Virus genome (UHGV): UHGV-0228494
Direction: 5' to 3' (one strand)
DNA: 45,812 nucleotides
From: a virus
Shown here in pieces: positions 1-13,181 of this stretch (the stretch's first letter is position 1; each line of letters opens with the position of its first letter). The notes beneath the pieces were generated by a model, which worked only from the letters and a program-made list of their open reading frames with translations, was not told where the DNA came from and searched no databases. A program made the position numbers and the translations under genes.

Positions 1-447
1 GTTTTACATGCCTTGACTTATCGGATGAAATTCTCTTACTAAATTTAACGGCAGTTTAATAGCCGTACAACTCGTGGTAGCCAGGGAAATATCCCAGTCG
101 TGGTTAAGGTTGTACTTGACGGCTATTATTTCAACAATGCTTAAAGTGAGAGCTTAAGGTTATGCGTATGTTTTACAGTCCGAGTAGATTCTGACCAATA
201 GCTTCTTTGTATAATTCTGTCAGAAATAAATCTTGGCTTGCATGAAGTTTGAGACCTTATCTTGTTTGATTATGAATAATCAATTCGCCATAATTGTATC
301 ACCGGAGCCTGAACAACTCCGGTGACTTCTGCGCTAAACGGGGACGTTTATGCGCACACACAATCCAAACTCTCTTCTCCCTTCACAGATGCAGAAATGC
401 ACCTGCGTTTTTTTGCATCTAGCGTCTGACCTCTGTGGAGGTGAAGC

Positions 448-903
448 GTGAACCTACCACAAGATGGCATCAAACTGCATCGCGGTAACTTCATCGCTAT
501 CGGCCAGCAGATCCAGCCTTATCTGGAGAACGGAAAATGCTTTCGCATGGTGCTTAAACCGTGGCGTGAGAAACGCAGTCTTTCCCAGAATGCACTCAGC
601 CACATGTGGTACAGCGAAATCAGTGAATACCTCATCAGCAGGGGGAAATCGTTCGCTACCGCAGCATGGGTAAAAGATGCTCTCAAACACACATACCTCG
701 GTTATGAAACCAAGGACCTGGTTGATGTCGTAACCGGCGAAATCACTACTATCCAGTCGTTACGCCATACCTCCGATCTCGATACCGGAGAGATGTATGT
801 CTTCCTGTGTAAGGTTGAAGCCTGGGCGGTGAATATTGGCTGCCACCTGACTATTCCGCAGAGCTGCGAGTTCCAGCTGCTGCGCGACAAGCAGGAGGCG
901 TAA
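448..903 (+). CDS. ybcN: NinB-family recombination/DNA-binding protein (YbcN-like)
   Basis: 151 aa ORF starting [15 protein letters not shown], matches DLP12 YbcN as recalled; GTG start; first gene of a nin-region cluster. Confidence 0.8.
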   Translation: MNLPQDGIKLHRGNFIAIGQQIQPYLENGKCFRMVLKPWREKRSLSQNALSHMWYSEISEYLISRGKSFATAAWVKDALKHTYLGYETKDLVDVVTGEITTIQSLRHTSDLDTGEMYVFLCKVEAWAVNIGCHLTIPQSCEFQLLRDKQEA

Positions 904-1073
904 TGGCTACACCGCTTATTCGTGTCATGAACGGACACATCTACAGAGTACCAAATCGTCGTAAGCGTAAGCCTGAGCTGAAACCATCCGAAATACCAAC
1001 ACTGCTCGGATATACCGCCAGCCTGGTTGATAAAAAATGGTTGCGACTGGCAGCAAGGAGGAATCATGGCTGA
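903..1073 (+). CDS. ninE: NinE family protein
   Basis: 56 aa ORF found by manual translation (below the ORF-track size cutoff): [27 protein letters not shown]...; start overlaps ybcN stop (TAATG), end overlaps ybcO start. Confidence 0.7.
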   Translation: MATPLIRVMNGHIYRVPNRRKRKPELKPSEIPTLLGYTASLVDKKWLRLAARRNHG

Positions 1074-1356
1074 CTTGAGAAAAGCAGCGCGTGGTCGGGA
1101 ATGCCAGGTAAGAATCCCTGGCGTATGTAATGGCAATCCTGAAACGTCAGTACTGGCACATATCCGGCTGGCTGGATTGTGCGGTACCGGTATCAAACCG
1201 CCAGACCTGATTGCCACCATTGCATGTTCTGCCTGCCACGACGAAATCGACCGTCGCACGCATTTTGTTGACGCTGGATATGCAAAAGAATGTGCGCTGG
1301 AAGGTATGGCGAGAACACAGGTTATCTGGCTGAAAGAGGGGGTAATTAAGGCGTGA
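1066..1356 (+). CDS. ybcO: DUF1364 putative nuclease (YbcO-like)
   Basis: Internal start [32 protein letters not shown]; Cys-rich; conserved position upstream of rusA. Confidence 0.8.
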   Translation: MADLRKAARGRECQVRIPGVCNGNPETSVLAHIRLAGLCGTGIKPPDLIATIACSACHDEIDRRTHFVDAGYAKECALEGMARTQVIWLKEGVIKA

Positions 1357-1715
1357 ATACTTACTGCATCACACTACCCTGGCCGCCGAGCAATAATCGC
1401 TATTACCGCCATAATCGCGGACGCACGCATATCAGCGCAGAGGGGCAGGCATACCGCGATAATGTCGCCCGAATCATTAAAAACGCAATGCTGGATATCG
1501 GCCTGGCTATTCCTGTGAAAATCAGCATTGAGTGCCACATGCCGGATCGCCGTCGCCGTGACCTTGATAATCTGCAAAAGGCCGCTTTTGACGCACTCAC
1601 CAAAGCAGGTTTCTGGCTGGATGATGCTCAGGTCGTTGATTACCGCGTTGTGAAGATGCCCGTTACCAAAGGTGGGAAGCTGGAGCTGACTATCACTGAA
1701 CTGGGAGATGAATGA
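1353..1715 (+). CDS. rusA: Holliday junction resolvase RusA
   Basis: 120 aa, [28 protein letters not shown]..., RusA family; start overlaps ybcO stop. Confidence 0.9.
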   Translation: MNTYCITLPWPPSNNRYYRHNRGRTHISAEGQAYRDNVARIIKNAMLDIGLAIPVKISIECHMPDRRRRDLDNLQKAAFDALTKAGFWLDDAQVVDYRVVKMPVTKGGKLELTITELGDE

Positions 1716-1852
1716 TGTTTGAGTCTTATATGGCAGAACGTCTTCGCCGCCGCTGGGTGCGCCTGCGCTTATATCGTTTTCCTAGTTCTGTTTTGACCGA
1801 TTACCGGATACTGAAGAATTACGCCAAAACACTGAAAGGAGCTGCCGCATGA
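1712..1852 (+). CDS. ylcG: YlcG family small protein
   Basis: 46 aa ORF found by manual translation: [46 protein letters not shown]; overlaps rusA stop and Q start. Confidence 0.65.
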   Translation: MMFESYMAERLRRRWVRLRLYRFPSSVLTDYRILKNYAKTLKGAAA

Positions 1853-2538
1853 ATACCCAATATTTACAGTATGTCCGCGAGCAACTCATTGTGGCTACCG
1901 CTGATTTGAGCGGAGCAACGAAAGGACAGCTTGAAGCCTGGCTGGAGCATGCACAATTTGATACTGGTACATACAAACGAAAGAAGCCGCGCATTCTGGA
2001 TGAGGTAACTGGCAGGATGATTACGCTGGATAATCCGCCGATTTCCGGTAAGCAGTTGTACGCAAAAGGTTCATCCATTGCACTGGTCAGCCAGGTTGAG
2101 TTCTCAACCTCGTCATGGCGCCGCGCGGTTCTGTCTCTCGAAGAACATCAGAAAGCGTGGTTGCTGTGGAGTTACAGCGAAAGTGTTCGCTGGGAACATC
2201 AGGTCACCATAACGCAGTGGGCATGGAGCGAGTTTAAGACTCTGTTGGGTACCAGGAAAATTGCAGGTAAAACACTGGAACGTTTGAAGAAGTTGATCTG
2301 GCTGGCGGCACAGGATGTGAAGAACGAGCTGGCAGGGCGTAAGACCTATGAATACCAGGAGCTGGCATCACTGGTGGGAGTGACATCAAAAAACTGGTCT
2401 GAGACATTTACTGAACGCTGGGTTGCAATGAAGCACATTTTTCTACAGCTTGATAGCCAAGCTTTATTGCTTTTAACGAAAACACGTTCAAAACAAAAGA
2501 CCATATTTTCACAGCAAGATATTGCAAAACTGGATTAA
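1849..2538 (+). CDS. Late-gene antitermination protein Q (non-lambda Q family, QuuQ-like size)
   Basis: 229 aa ORF in the position of Q, between the nin region and the pR'-like promoter/terminator/holin; family assigned by position and size, not by a recognised motif. Confidence 0.55.
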   Translation: MNTQYLQYVREQLIVATADLSGATKGQLEAWLEHAQFDTGTYKRKKPRILDEVTGRMITLDNPPISGKQLYAKGSSIALVSQVEFSTSSWRRAVLSLEEHQKAWLLWSYSESVRWEHQVTITQWAWSEFKTLLGTRKIAGKTLERLKKLIWLAAQDVKNELAGRKTYEYQELASLVGVTSKNWSETFTERWVAMKHIFLQLDSQALLLLTKTRSKQKTIFSQQDIAKLD

Positions 2539-2568
2539 AAATCATATATTTTATGTAAATCTGATATT

Positions 2569-2597
2569 TTGCCAATGTTGTACGCACTGGCAGTAAT
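2569..2597 (+). promoter_or_regulatory. Candidate late promoter pR' (-35 TTGCCA, 17 bp spacer, -10 AGTAAT)
   Basis: Sigma70-like hexamers read directly, ~30 bp downstream of the Q stop and upstream of the lysis cassette. Confidence 0.35.
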
Positions 2598-2605
2598 CCA
2601 AATTC

Positions 2606-2640
2606 AAGCCCGAGGTTTAAAGCCTTGGGCTTTTCTGTTT
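2606..2640 (+). terminator. Hairpin plus T-run just downstream of putative pR' (pause/qut-region structure or early terminator)
   Basis: Stem AAGCCCGAGG / CCTTGGGCTT with 7-nt loop, followed by TTTTCTGTTT. Confidence 0.35.
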
Positions 2641-2719
2641 CTGAACGGTGAGTAGCCTTCCAACCTACCCCAGCCAGGGTGTCTTCAGCTGTTGAGTTGA
2701 TATTGCTTAACCCTCTGTT

Positions 2720-2745
2720 GCCAGCTACATGCTGGCTTTTTTATT
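2720..2745 (+). terminator. Rho-independent terminator, tR'-like (end of a 6S-like leader RNA)
   Basis: GCCAGC-TACAT-GCTGGC followed by TTTTTT, located between Q and the holin. Confidence 0.4.
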
Positions 2746-2847
2746 CCAGGCTTGCGGGGAGCATCAACTCCGTGCTTTGTCGTTAAATTACCCCGTGAGC
2801 CTGATTTCTGACATTTAACGTCCCGGCCTTTTGTCGGCGGCGAAACA

Positions 2848-3165
2848 TTGGCTATTCATATGCACGAAAAAGAGAGCCTTGCCGGAGCGTTCTGGCTCGT
2901 TTTGCTGATCATCGCAGGTTGGGGCGGTCTGGTCCGCTACCTGATAGATGTGAAGCAGAGTAAAGCAACGTGGAGTTGGATAAATGCTCTGGCTCAAATA
3001 GTGGTATCAGGATTCACCGGTGTTATTGGTGGCCTGATCAGCATCGAAAGTGGATTCAGTATTTACATGATTCTCGCGACAGCGGGGATTAGTGGTGCGA
3101 TGGGTTCGGTTGCACTGACGTACTTCTGGGAACGACTGACAGGGGTGAAAAATGCAAAATCTTAA
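2848..3165 (+). CDS. S: Class I holin (lambda S-type, three TMDs, possible dual start M1/M5)
   Basis: 105 aa with three hydrophobic segments; immediately upstream of and overlapping the endolysin gene. Confidence 0.8.
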   Translation: MAIHMHEKESLAGAFWLVLLIIAGWGGLVRYLIDVKQSKATWSWINALAQIVVSGFTGVIGGLISIESGFSIYMILATAGISGAMGSVALTYFWERLTGVKNAKS

Positions 3166-3628
3166 TCCTCAGCGTAAAGCCTTCCTCGATATGTTGGCGT
3201 GGTCAGAAGGAACGGATAACGGGCGACAACCGACACGTAACCACGGTTATGATGTTATTGTTGGCGGCGAACTGTTTACTGATTACTCCGATCACCCTCG
3301 CAAACTTGTCACGCTACACCCCAAACTCAAATCAACAGCCGCCGGACGTTATCAGCTTCTTTCACGCTGGTGGGATGCTTACCGTAAACAGCTTGGTTTG
3401 AAAGACTTCTCCCCCAAAAGCCAGGACGCAGTGGCATTACAGCAGATTAAAGAGCGTGGTGCTTTACCGATGATTGATCGCGGTGATATCCGTCAGGCAA
3501 TCGACCGTTGCAGCAATATCTGGGCTTCACTGCCGGGCGCTGGTTATGGTCAGTTCGAGCATAAGGCTGACAGCCTGATTGCAAAATTCAAAGAAGCTGG
3601 CGGAACGCTCAGAGAGAGTGAGGTATGA
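3152..3628 (+). CDS. R: Endolysin, lambda R-type lytic transglycosylase
   Basis: 158 aa, [39 protein letters not shown]..., near-identical to lambda R as recalled. Confidence 0.95.
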   Translation: MQNLNPQRKAFLDMLAWSEGTDNGRQPTRNHGYDVIVGGELFTDYSDHPRKLVTLHPKLKSTAAGRYQLLSRWWDAYRKQLGLKDFSPKSQDAVALQQIKERGALPMIDRGDIRQAIDRCSNIWASLPGAGYGQFEHKADSLIAKFKEAGGTLRESEV

Positions 3629-4086
3629 GCAGAATAACCGCGATTATCTCCGCTCTGGTTATCTGCGTCATCGTCTGCCTTTCATGGGCGGTTAATCATT
3701 ACCGCGATAACGCGATTACCTACAAAGCCCAGCGCGACAAAAATGCCAGAGAACTGACGCTGGCGAACGCGGCAATTACTGACATACAGATGCGTCAGCG
3801 TGATGTTGCTGCGCTCGATGCAAAATACACGAAGGAGTTAGCTGATGCGAAAGCTGAAAATGATGCTCTGCGTGATGATGTTGCCGCTGGTCGTCGTCGG
3901 TTGCACATCAAAGCAGTCTGTCAGTCAGTGCGTGAAGCCACCACCGCCTCCGGCGTGGATAATGCAGCCTCCCCCCGACTGGCAGACACCGCTGAACGGG
4001 ATTATTTCACCCTCAGAGAGAGGCTGATCACTATGCAAAAACAACTGGAAGGAACCCAGAAGTATATTAATGAGCAGTGCAGATAG
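3625..4086 (+). CDS. Rz: Spanin inner-membrane subunit Rz
   Basis: 153 aa, N-terminal TMD then coiled coil; near-identical to lambda Rz as recalled. Confidence 0.95.
   Translation: MSRITAIISALVICVIVCLSWAVNHYRDNAITYKAQRDKNARELTLANAAITDIQMRQRDVAALDAKYTKELADAKAENDALRDDVAAGRRRLHIKAVCQSVREATTASGVDNAASPRLADTAERDYFTLRERLITMQKQLEGTQKYINEQCR
3845..4027 (+). CDS. Rz1: Spanin outer-membrane lipoprotein Rz1 (embedded in Rz in another frame)
   Basis: 60 aa, lipobox LVVVGC, proline-rich; wholly embedded in Rz. Confidence 0.9.
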   Translation: MRKLKMMLCVMMLPLVVVGCTSKQSVSQCVKPPPPPAWIMQPPPDWQTPLNGIISPSERG

Positions 4087-4117
4087 AGCTGCCCATATCG
4101 ATGGGCAACTCATGCAA

Positions 4118-4411
4118 TTATTGTGAGCAATACACACGCGCTTCCAGCGGAGTATAAATGCCTAAAGTAATAAAACCGAGCAATCCATTTACGAATGTTT
4201 GCTGGGTTTCTGTTTTAACAACATTTTCTGCACCACCACAAATTTTTGCTGCATCGACAGTTTTCTTCTGCCCAATTCCCGAAACGAAGAAATGATGGGT
4301 GATGGTTTCCTTTGGTGTTACTGCTGTAGGTTTGTTTCCAACAGTAAACGTCTGTTGAGCACATCCTGTAATAAGCATTGCCAGAGCGGCAGAAAACAAC
4401 ATTTTTTTCAT
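4118..4411 (-). CDS. bor: Bor lipoprotein (serum-resistance moron)
   Basis: Internal start MKKMLFSAALAMLITGCAQQTFTV... with lipobox; near-identical to lambda Bor as recalled; opposite strand to late genes, as in lambda. Confidence 0.9.
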   Translation of the reverse strand: MKKMLFSAALAMLITGCAQQTFTVGNKPTAVTPKETITHHFFVSGIGQKKTVDAAKICGGAENVVKTETQQTFVNGLLGFITLGIYTPLEARVYCSQ

Positions 4412-4891
4412 CTTATTATCCTGCATTGTTAAAAACGGCAGAATCCTATGTGACAACAATTAAACGATAGTTAAATGGATTGATGAAAATTAAAACTACA
4501 CAGGTGGGCTCAGACTATTGGAGGAAGTTGGGGACACTCAGAATCCTGTGGAATGAAATAAACCGGTCTATCCGTCCATTACCCTTTTAGCTGCGCTGTA
4601 TCGTCGCCGTATTCCCGCATTAACCATGACCGTAGCCCGACGGGGAATTCCTTCTGCGTGAGTGTGCGGGAATAATTAAAAACGATGCACACCGGGTTTT
4701 TACCGCGTTAATGATTCGCGGGTTTATCCCGGTGCGATGGTGGAAGAAACAGGAAGCTGTATTACAGAAAGTGCTACTACTGTATCCCGATGCGATGTAT
4801 GTAATGTGAGTCAGATAATGGCACAGGATGTGGTGATGTGGCAGTCTGGAACACAGGATATATTGTCAGAATAAGACCCGTAGGAATAAAA

Positions 4892-5218
4892 ATGAAAAGA
4901 CGCCTTTTACTACTTTTTCTGTTATCTGTCCTGGCAGTGGGATGCTCGCAGCAAAAAGCTGATGAGCCCCGGCAATTAGTGACGGTGTATCCACGATATC
5001 CGGAATATGCTGCAGCAAATTATATCAAGGGGCTGGTTGAGGTTAAGTTCGATATTGGTGCTGATGGGACTGTGACACGGATCGTTTTTCTCCGCTCAGA
5101 GCCTCATAATTTGTTTCGTGATGAAGTGGTGAAGGCCATGGCGAAATGGCGATTTGAAAAGAATCGCCCCTGTCAGGGAGTGAAGAGACAATTTATCTTT
5201 ACGCCGTCACGTCCTTGA
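4892..5218 (+). CDS. Lipoprotein with TonB C-terminal-like domain (moron)
   Basis: MKRRLLLLFLLSVLAVGCSQQ signal/lipobox, then YPRYPEYAAANYIKGLVEVKFDIGADGTVTRIVFLRSEPHNLFRDEVVKAMAKWRF resembling the TonB C-terminal fold; AGGA RBS 6 nt upstream of ATG. Confidence 0.6.
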   Translation: MKRRLLLLFLLSVLAVGCSQQKADEPRQLVTVYPRYPEYAAANYIKGLVEVKFDIGADGTVTRIVFLRSEPHNLFRDEVVKAMAKWRFEKNRPCQGVKRQFIFTPSRP

Positions 5219-5340
5219 TGCTTCCAGGTAGAGAGGGGCTGGAAGCAGGAGAAAAATGAAAGAGCCAGCGGTTATATTTTTGTCATGGCTGACGAGGAAT
5301 GATGGAAGAAGGCGTTGTATGCCACACAACGCCTCACTGT

Positions 5341-5694
5341 TCATTTCTTCTTTTTCTCTGGTGGAACCCGATGAATAAGAGTTGCACTGGTTTCCGATGA
5401 GATGGCGATATACTCGGGCAAAGTATGCTGGCAGTTTTCCAACTGGTCAAAAATACCTGCTCTCGTCTGTTGCAATGCCTGCAGCATGCGGCGGCAATGC
5501 GCCTTGCTTTTACTAACCATCTTTCCTTCCTCTATCAGTCGCTGCGTGAACTCATCATGGAATACCAGGTAAATGCGGATGTTATCGGTTTTGGCTACGC
5601 AGCATAGTACAAAACGGACAGGTGCATCCCGGGACGGGGGAGGCGTCACATGTCCCTGTGATGGTTGTTCCGGGTAATGTACTGTGTGGGGCAT
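5341..5694 (-). CDS. Hypothetical protein (possibly the C-terminal frame of a disrupted gene)
   Basis: 117 aa ORF convergent with the TonB-like gene; a bidirectional hairpin at ~5311-5333 separates them; overlaps the next ORF in another frame. Confidence 0.3.
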   Translation of the reverse strand: MPHTVHYPEQPSQGHVTPPPSRDAPVRFVLCCVAKTDNIRIYLVFHDEFTQRLIEEGKMVSKSKAHCRRMLQALQQTRAGIFDQLENCQHTLPEYIAISSETSATLIHRVPPEKKKK

Positions 5695-5833
5695 AAAAAT
5701 GTCCGATAATTTTACTTTCTACCGCAGTTAGTTGATTCGTTGGTCCTGGTAGCACATTGGGCGAGGATTTAAATGCCAGGCAACTGAAGGATGATGTCGC
5801 AAGGGAGATAGCGAGAATATTTCTGATTTTCAT
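5582..5833 (-). CDS. Hypothetical secreted protein (signal peptide MKIRNILAISLATSSFSCLA), possibly frameshifted with 5341..5694
   Basis: Internal Met followed by a typical signal peptide; overlaps the neighbouring ORF by 113 nt in a different frame, suggesting a frameshift or pseudogene. Confidence 0.3.
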   Translation of the reverse strand: MKIRNILAISLATSSFSCLAFKSSPNVLPGPTNQLTAVESKIIGHFYAPHSTLPGTTITGTCDASPVPGCTCPFCTMLRSQNR

Positions 5834-5981
5834 TTGATGATGCCTCTGTGTGAAATGACGGTAAACGACGCACTTGTGCCGGCACATAATAGCAAGCACC
5901 ATAATAGATCAGATTCGATTCTTGCTGTAAGTGATAATTATTCTCGTTTTCGGGTCCTTTCCGTCGATCCAACAGGTTACG

Positions 5982-5993
5982 GGGCGGCGACCT
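5982..5993 (+). other. cos: cosN cohesive-end site (lambda type, GGGCGGCGACCT), with cosB-like sequence downstream up to Nu1
   Basis: Exact 12-nt lambda cohesive-end sequence followed by lambda-like CGCGGGTTTTCGCTATTTATGAAAATTTTCCGG, ~180 bp upstream of Nu1. Confidence 0.85.
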
Positions 5994-6170
5994 CGCGGGT
6001 TTTCGCTATTTATGAAAATTTTCCGGTTTAAGGCGTTTCCGTTCTTCTTCGCCGTAACTTAATGTTTTTATTTAAAACACTCCCTGAAAAGAAAGGAAAC
6101 GACAGGTGCTGAAAACGGGCTTTTTGGCCTCTGTCGTTTCCTTTCTCTGTTTTTGTCCGTGGAATGAACA

Positions 6171-6690
6171 ATGGAAGTCAACAAAAAGCAGCTGGCTGAC
6201 ATTTTCGGCGCGAGTATCCGTACTATTCAGAACTGGCAGGAGCAGGGAATGCCCGTTCTGCGAGGCGGTGGGAAGGGTAATGAGGTGCTTTATGACTCTG
6301 CCGACGTCATAAAATGGTATGCCGAAAGGGATGCTGAAATTGAGAACGAAAAGCTGCGCCGGGAGGTTGAAGAACTGCGACAGGCCAGCGAGACAGATCT
6401 CCAGCCAGGGACTATTGAGTACGAACGCCATCGACTTACGCGTGCGCAGGCCGACGCACAGGAGCTGAAAAATGCCAGAGACTCCGCTGAAGTGGTGGAA
6501 ACCGCATTCTGTACTTTCGTGCTGTCGCGGATCGCAGGTGAAATTGCCAGTATTCTCGACGGGATCCCCCTGTCGGTGCAGCGGCGTTTTCCGGAACTGG
6601 AAAACCGACATGTTGATTTCCTGAAACGGGATATCATCAAAGCCATGAACAAAGCAGCCGCGCTGGATGAACTGATACCGGGGTTGCTGA

Positions 6691-6716
<26 letters not shown>
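6171..6716 (+). CDS. Nu1: Terminase small subunit Nu1
   Basis: 181 aa, MEVNKKQLADIFGASIRTIQNWQEQGMPV..., near-identical to lambda Nu1 as recalled. Confidence 0.97.
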
Positions 6717-10397
<3,681 letters not shown>

Positions 10398-10417
<20 letters not shown>

Positions 10418-11717
10418 TCTCCCGCATATTGCCAGTATGGCCTTTAATGAGCCGCTGATGCTTGAACCCGCCTATGCGCGGGTTTTCTTTTGTGCGCTTG
10501 CAGGCCAGCTTGGGATCAGCCGCCTGACGGATGCGGTATCCGGCGACAGCCTGACTGCCGGAGAGGCACCCGCGGCGCTGGCGTTATCCGTTGATGATGA
10601 CGGACCACGACAGGCCCGCAGTTATCAGGTCATGAACGGCATCGCCGTGCTGCCGGTGTCCGGCACGCTGGTCAGTCGGACGCGAGCGCTGCAGCCGTAT
10701 TCGGGGATGACCGGTTACAACGGCATTATCGCCCGTCTGCAACAGGCTGCCAGCGACCCGATGGTGGACGGCATTCTGCTCGATATGGATACGCCAGGCG
10801 GGATGGTGGCAGGGGCATTTGACTGCGCTGACATCATCGCCCGTGTGCGTGACATAAAGCCGGTATGGGCGCTGGCCAACGACATGAACTGCAGTGCAGG
10901 TCAGTTGCTTGCCAGCGCCGCCTCCCGACGTCTGGTCACGCAGACCGCCCGGACAGGCTCCATCGGCGTCATGATGGCTCACAGTAATTACGGTGCTGCG
11001 CTGGAGAAACAGGGCGTGGAAATCACGCTGATTTACAGCGGCAGCCATAAGGTGGATGGCAACCCCTACAGCCATCTACCGGATGATGTCCGGGAAACAC
11101 TGCAGTCCCGGATGGATGCAACCCGCCGGATGTTTGCACAGAAGGTGTCGGCATATACCGGCCTGTCCGTGCAGGCTGTGCTGGATACCGAGGCTGCAGT
11201 GTACAGCGGTCAGGAGGCCATTGATGCCGGACTGGCTGATGAACTTGTTAACAGTACCGATGCGATCACCGTCATGCGTGATGCACTGGATGCACGTAAA
11301 TCCCGTCTCTCAGGAGGGCGAATGACCAAAGAGACTCAATCAACAACTGTTTCAGCCACTGCTTCGCAGGCTGACGTTACTGGCGTGGTGCCAGCGACGG
11401 AGGGCGAGAACGCCAGCGCTGCGCAGCCGGACGTGAACGCGCAGATCACCGCAGCGGTTGCGGCAGAAAACAGTCGCATTATGGGGATCCTCAACTGTGA
11501 GGAAGCTCACGGACGCGAAGAACAGGCACGCGTGCTGGCCGAAACCCCTGGTATGACCGTGGAAACGGCCCGCCGCATTCTGGCAGTTGCACCACAGAGT
11601 GCACAGGCGCGCAGTGACACTGCGCTGGATCGTCTGATGCAGGGGGCACCGGCACCGCTGGCTGCAGGTAACCTGGCATCTGATGCCGTTAACGATTTGC
11701 TGAACACACCAGTGTAA
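10398..11717 (+). CDS. C: Prohead protease / minor capsid protein C (GTG start)
   Basis: In-frame GTG at 10398 gives VTAELRNLPHIASMAFNEPLMLEP..., the lambda gpC N-terminus; S49-type protease. Confidence 0.9.
11322..11717 (+). CDS. Nu3: Scaffold protein Nu3 (in-frame C-terminal part of C)
   Basis: Internal start MTKETQSTTVSATASQ... as in lambda Nu3, same frame as C. Confidence 0.85.
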   Translation: MTKETQSTTVSATASQADVTGVVPATEGENASAAQPDVNAQITAAVAAENSRIMGILNCEEAHGREEQARVLAETPGMTVETARRILAVAPQSAQARSDTALDRLMQGAPAPLAAGNLASDAVNDLLNTPV

Positions 11718-11726
11718 GGGATGTTT

Positions 11727-12059
11727 ATGACGAGCAAAGAAACCTTTACCCATTACCAGCCGCTGGGCAACAGTGACCCGGCTCATACCGCAACCGCGCC
11801 CGGCGGATTGAGTGCGAAAGCGCCTGCAATGACCCCGCTGATGCTGGACACCTCCAGCCGTAAGCTGGTTGCGTGGGATGGCACCACCGACGGTGCTGCC
11901 GTTGGCATTCTTGCGGTTGCTGCTGACCAGACCAGCACCACGCTGACGTTCTACAAGTCCGGCACGTTCCGTTATGAGGATGTGCTCTGGCCGGAGGCTG
12001 CCAGCGACGAGACGAAAAAACGGACCGCGTTTGCCGGAACGGCAATCAGCATCGTTTAA
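11727..12059 (+). CDS. D: Head decoration protein D
   Basis: [27 protein letters not shown]..., 110 aa. Confidence 0.95.
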   Translation: MTSKETFTHYQPLGNSDPAHTATAPGGLSAKAPAMTPLMLDTSSRKLVAWDGTTDGAAVGILAVAADQTSTTLTFYKSGTFRYEDVLWPEAASDETKKRTAFAGTAISIV

Positions 12060-12114
12060 CTTTACCCTTCATCACTAAAGGCCGCCTGTGCGGCTTTTTT
12101 TACGGGATTTTTTT

Positions 12115-13140
12115 ATGTCGATGTACACAACCGCCCAGCTGCTGGCGGCAAATGAGCAGAAATTTAAGTTTGATCCGCTGTTTCTGCGTCTCTTTTTCCG
12201 TGAGAGCTATCCCTTCACCACGGAGAAAGTCTATCTCTCACAAATTCCGGGACTGGTAAACATGGCGCTGTACGTTTCGCCGATTGTTTCCGGTGAGGTT
12301 ATCCGTTCCCGTGGCGGCTCCACCTCTGAATTTACGCCGGGATATGTCAAGCCGAAGCATGAAGTGAATCCGCAGATGACCCTGCGTCGCCTGCCGGATG
12401 AAGATCCGCAGAATCTGGTGGACCCGGCTTACCGCCGCCGTCGCATCATCATGCAGAACATGCGTGACGAAGAGCTGGCCATTGCTCAGGTCGAAGAGAT
12501 GCAGGCAGTTTCTGCCGTGCTTAAGGGCAAATACACCATGACCGGTGAAGCCTTCGATCCGGTTGAGGTGGATATGGGCCGCAGTGAGGAGAATAACATC
12601 ACGCAGTCCGGCGGCACGGAGTGGAGCAAGCGTGACAAGTCCACGTATGACCCGACCGACGATATCGAAGCCTACGCGCTGAACGCCAGCGGTGTGGTGA
12701 ATATCATCGTGTTCGATCCGAAAGGCTGGGCGCTGTTCCGTTCCTTCAAAGCCGTCAAGGAGAAGCTGGATACCCGTCGTGGTTCTAATTCCGAGCTGGA
12801 GACAGCGGTGAAAGACCTGGGTAAAGCGGTGTCCTATAAGGGGATGTATGGCGATGTGGCCATCGTCGTGTATTCCGGACAGTACGTGGAAAACGGCGTC
12901 AAAAAGAACTTCCTGCCGGACAACACGATGGTGCTGGGGAACACTCAGGCACGCGGTCTGCGCACCTATGGCTGCATTCAGGATGCGGACGCACAGCTCG
13001 AAGGCATTAACGCCTCTGCCCGTTACCCGAAAAACTGGGTGACCACCGGCGATCCGGCGCGTGAGTTCACCATGATTCAGTCAGCACCGCTGATGCTGCT
13101 GGCTGACCCTGATGAGTTCGTGTCCGTACAACTGGCGTAA
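12115..13140 (+). CDS. E: Major capsid protein E
   Basis: MSMYTTAQLLAANEQKFKFDPLFLRLFFRESYPF..., 341 aa. Confidence 0.97.
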   Translation: MSMYTTAQLLAANEQKFKFDPLFLRLFFRESYPFTTEKVYLSQIPGLVNMALYVSPIVSGEVIRSRGGSTSEFTPGYVKPKHEVNPQMTLRRLPDEDPQNLVDPAYRRRRIIMQNMRDEELAIAQVEEMQAVSAVLKGKYTMTGEAFDPVEVDMGRSEENNITQSGGTEWSKRDKSTYDPTDDIEAYALNASGVVNIIVFDPKGWALFRSFKAVKEKLDTRRGSNSELETAVKDLGKAVSYKGMYGDVAIVVYSGQYVENGVKKNFLPDNTMVLGNTQARGLRTYGCIQDADAQLEGINASARYPKNWVTTGDPAREFTMIQSAPLMLLADPDEFVSVQLA

Positions 13141-13181
13141 TCATGGCCCTTCGGGGCCATTGTTTCTCTGTGGAGGAGTCC

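Noticed and set aside
299-325. Hairpin TCACCGGAG-N9-CTCCGGTGA in the leftmost intergenic region as a terminator
   Set aside because: No T-run follows it on either strand; it may be a protein-binding palindrome, but nothing supports a specific call.
4460-4837. Possible tRNA or small gene in the 380-bp gap between bor and the TonB-like gene
   Set aside because: No cloverleaf-compatible sequence or convincing ORF/RBS could be recognised by eye; left unannotated.
6072-6611. 179-aa - strand ORF across the cos/Nu1 region
   Set aside because: Overlaps cosB and the near-lambda Nu1 gene; lambda has no gene here.
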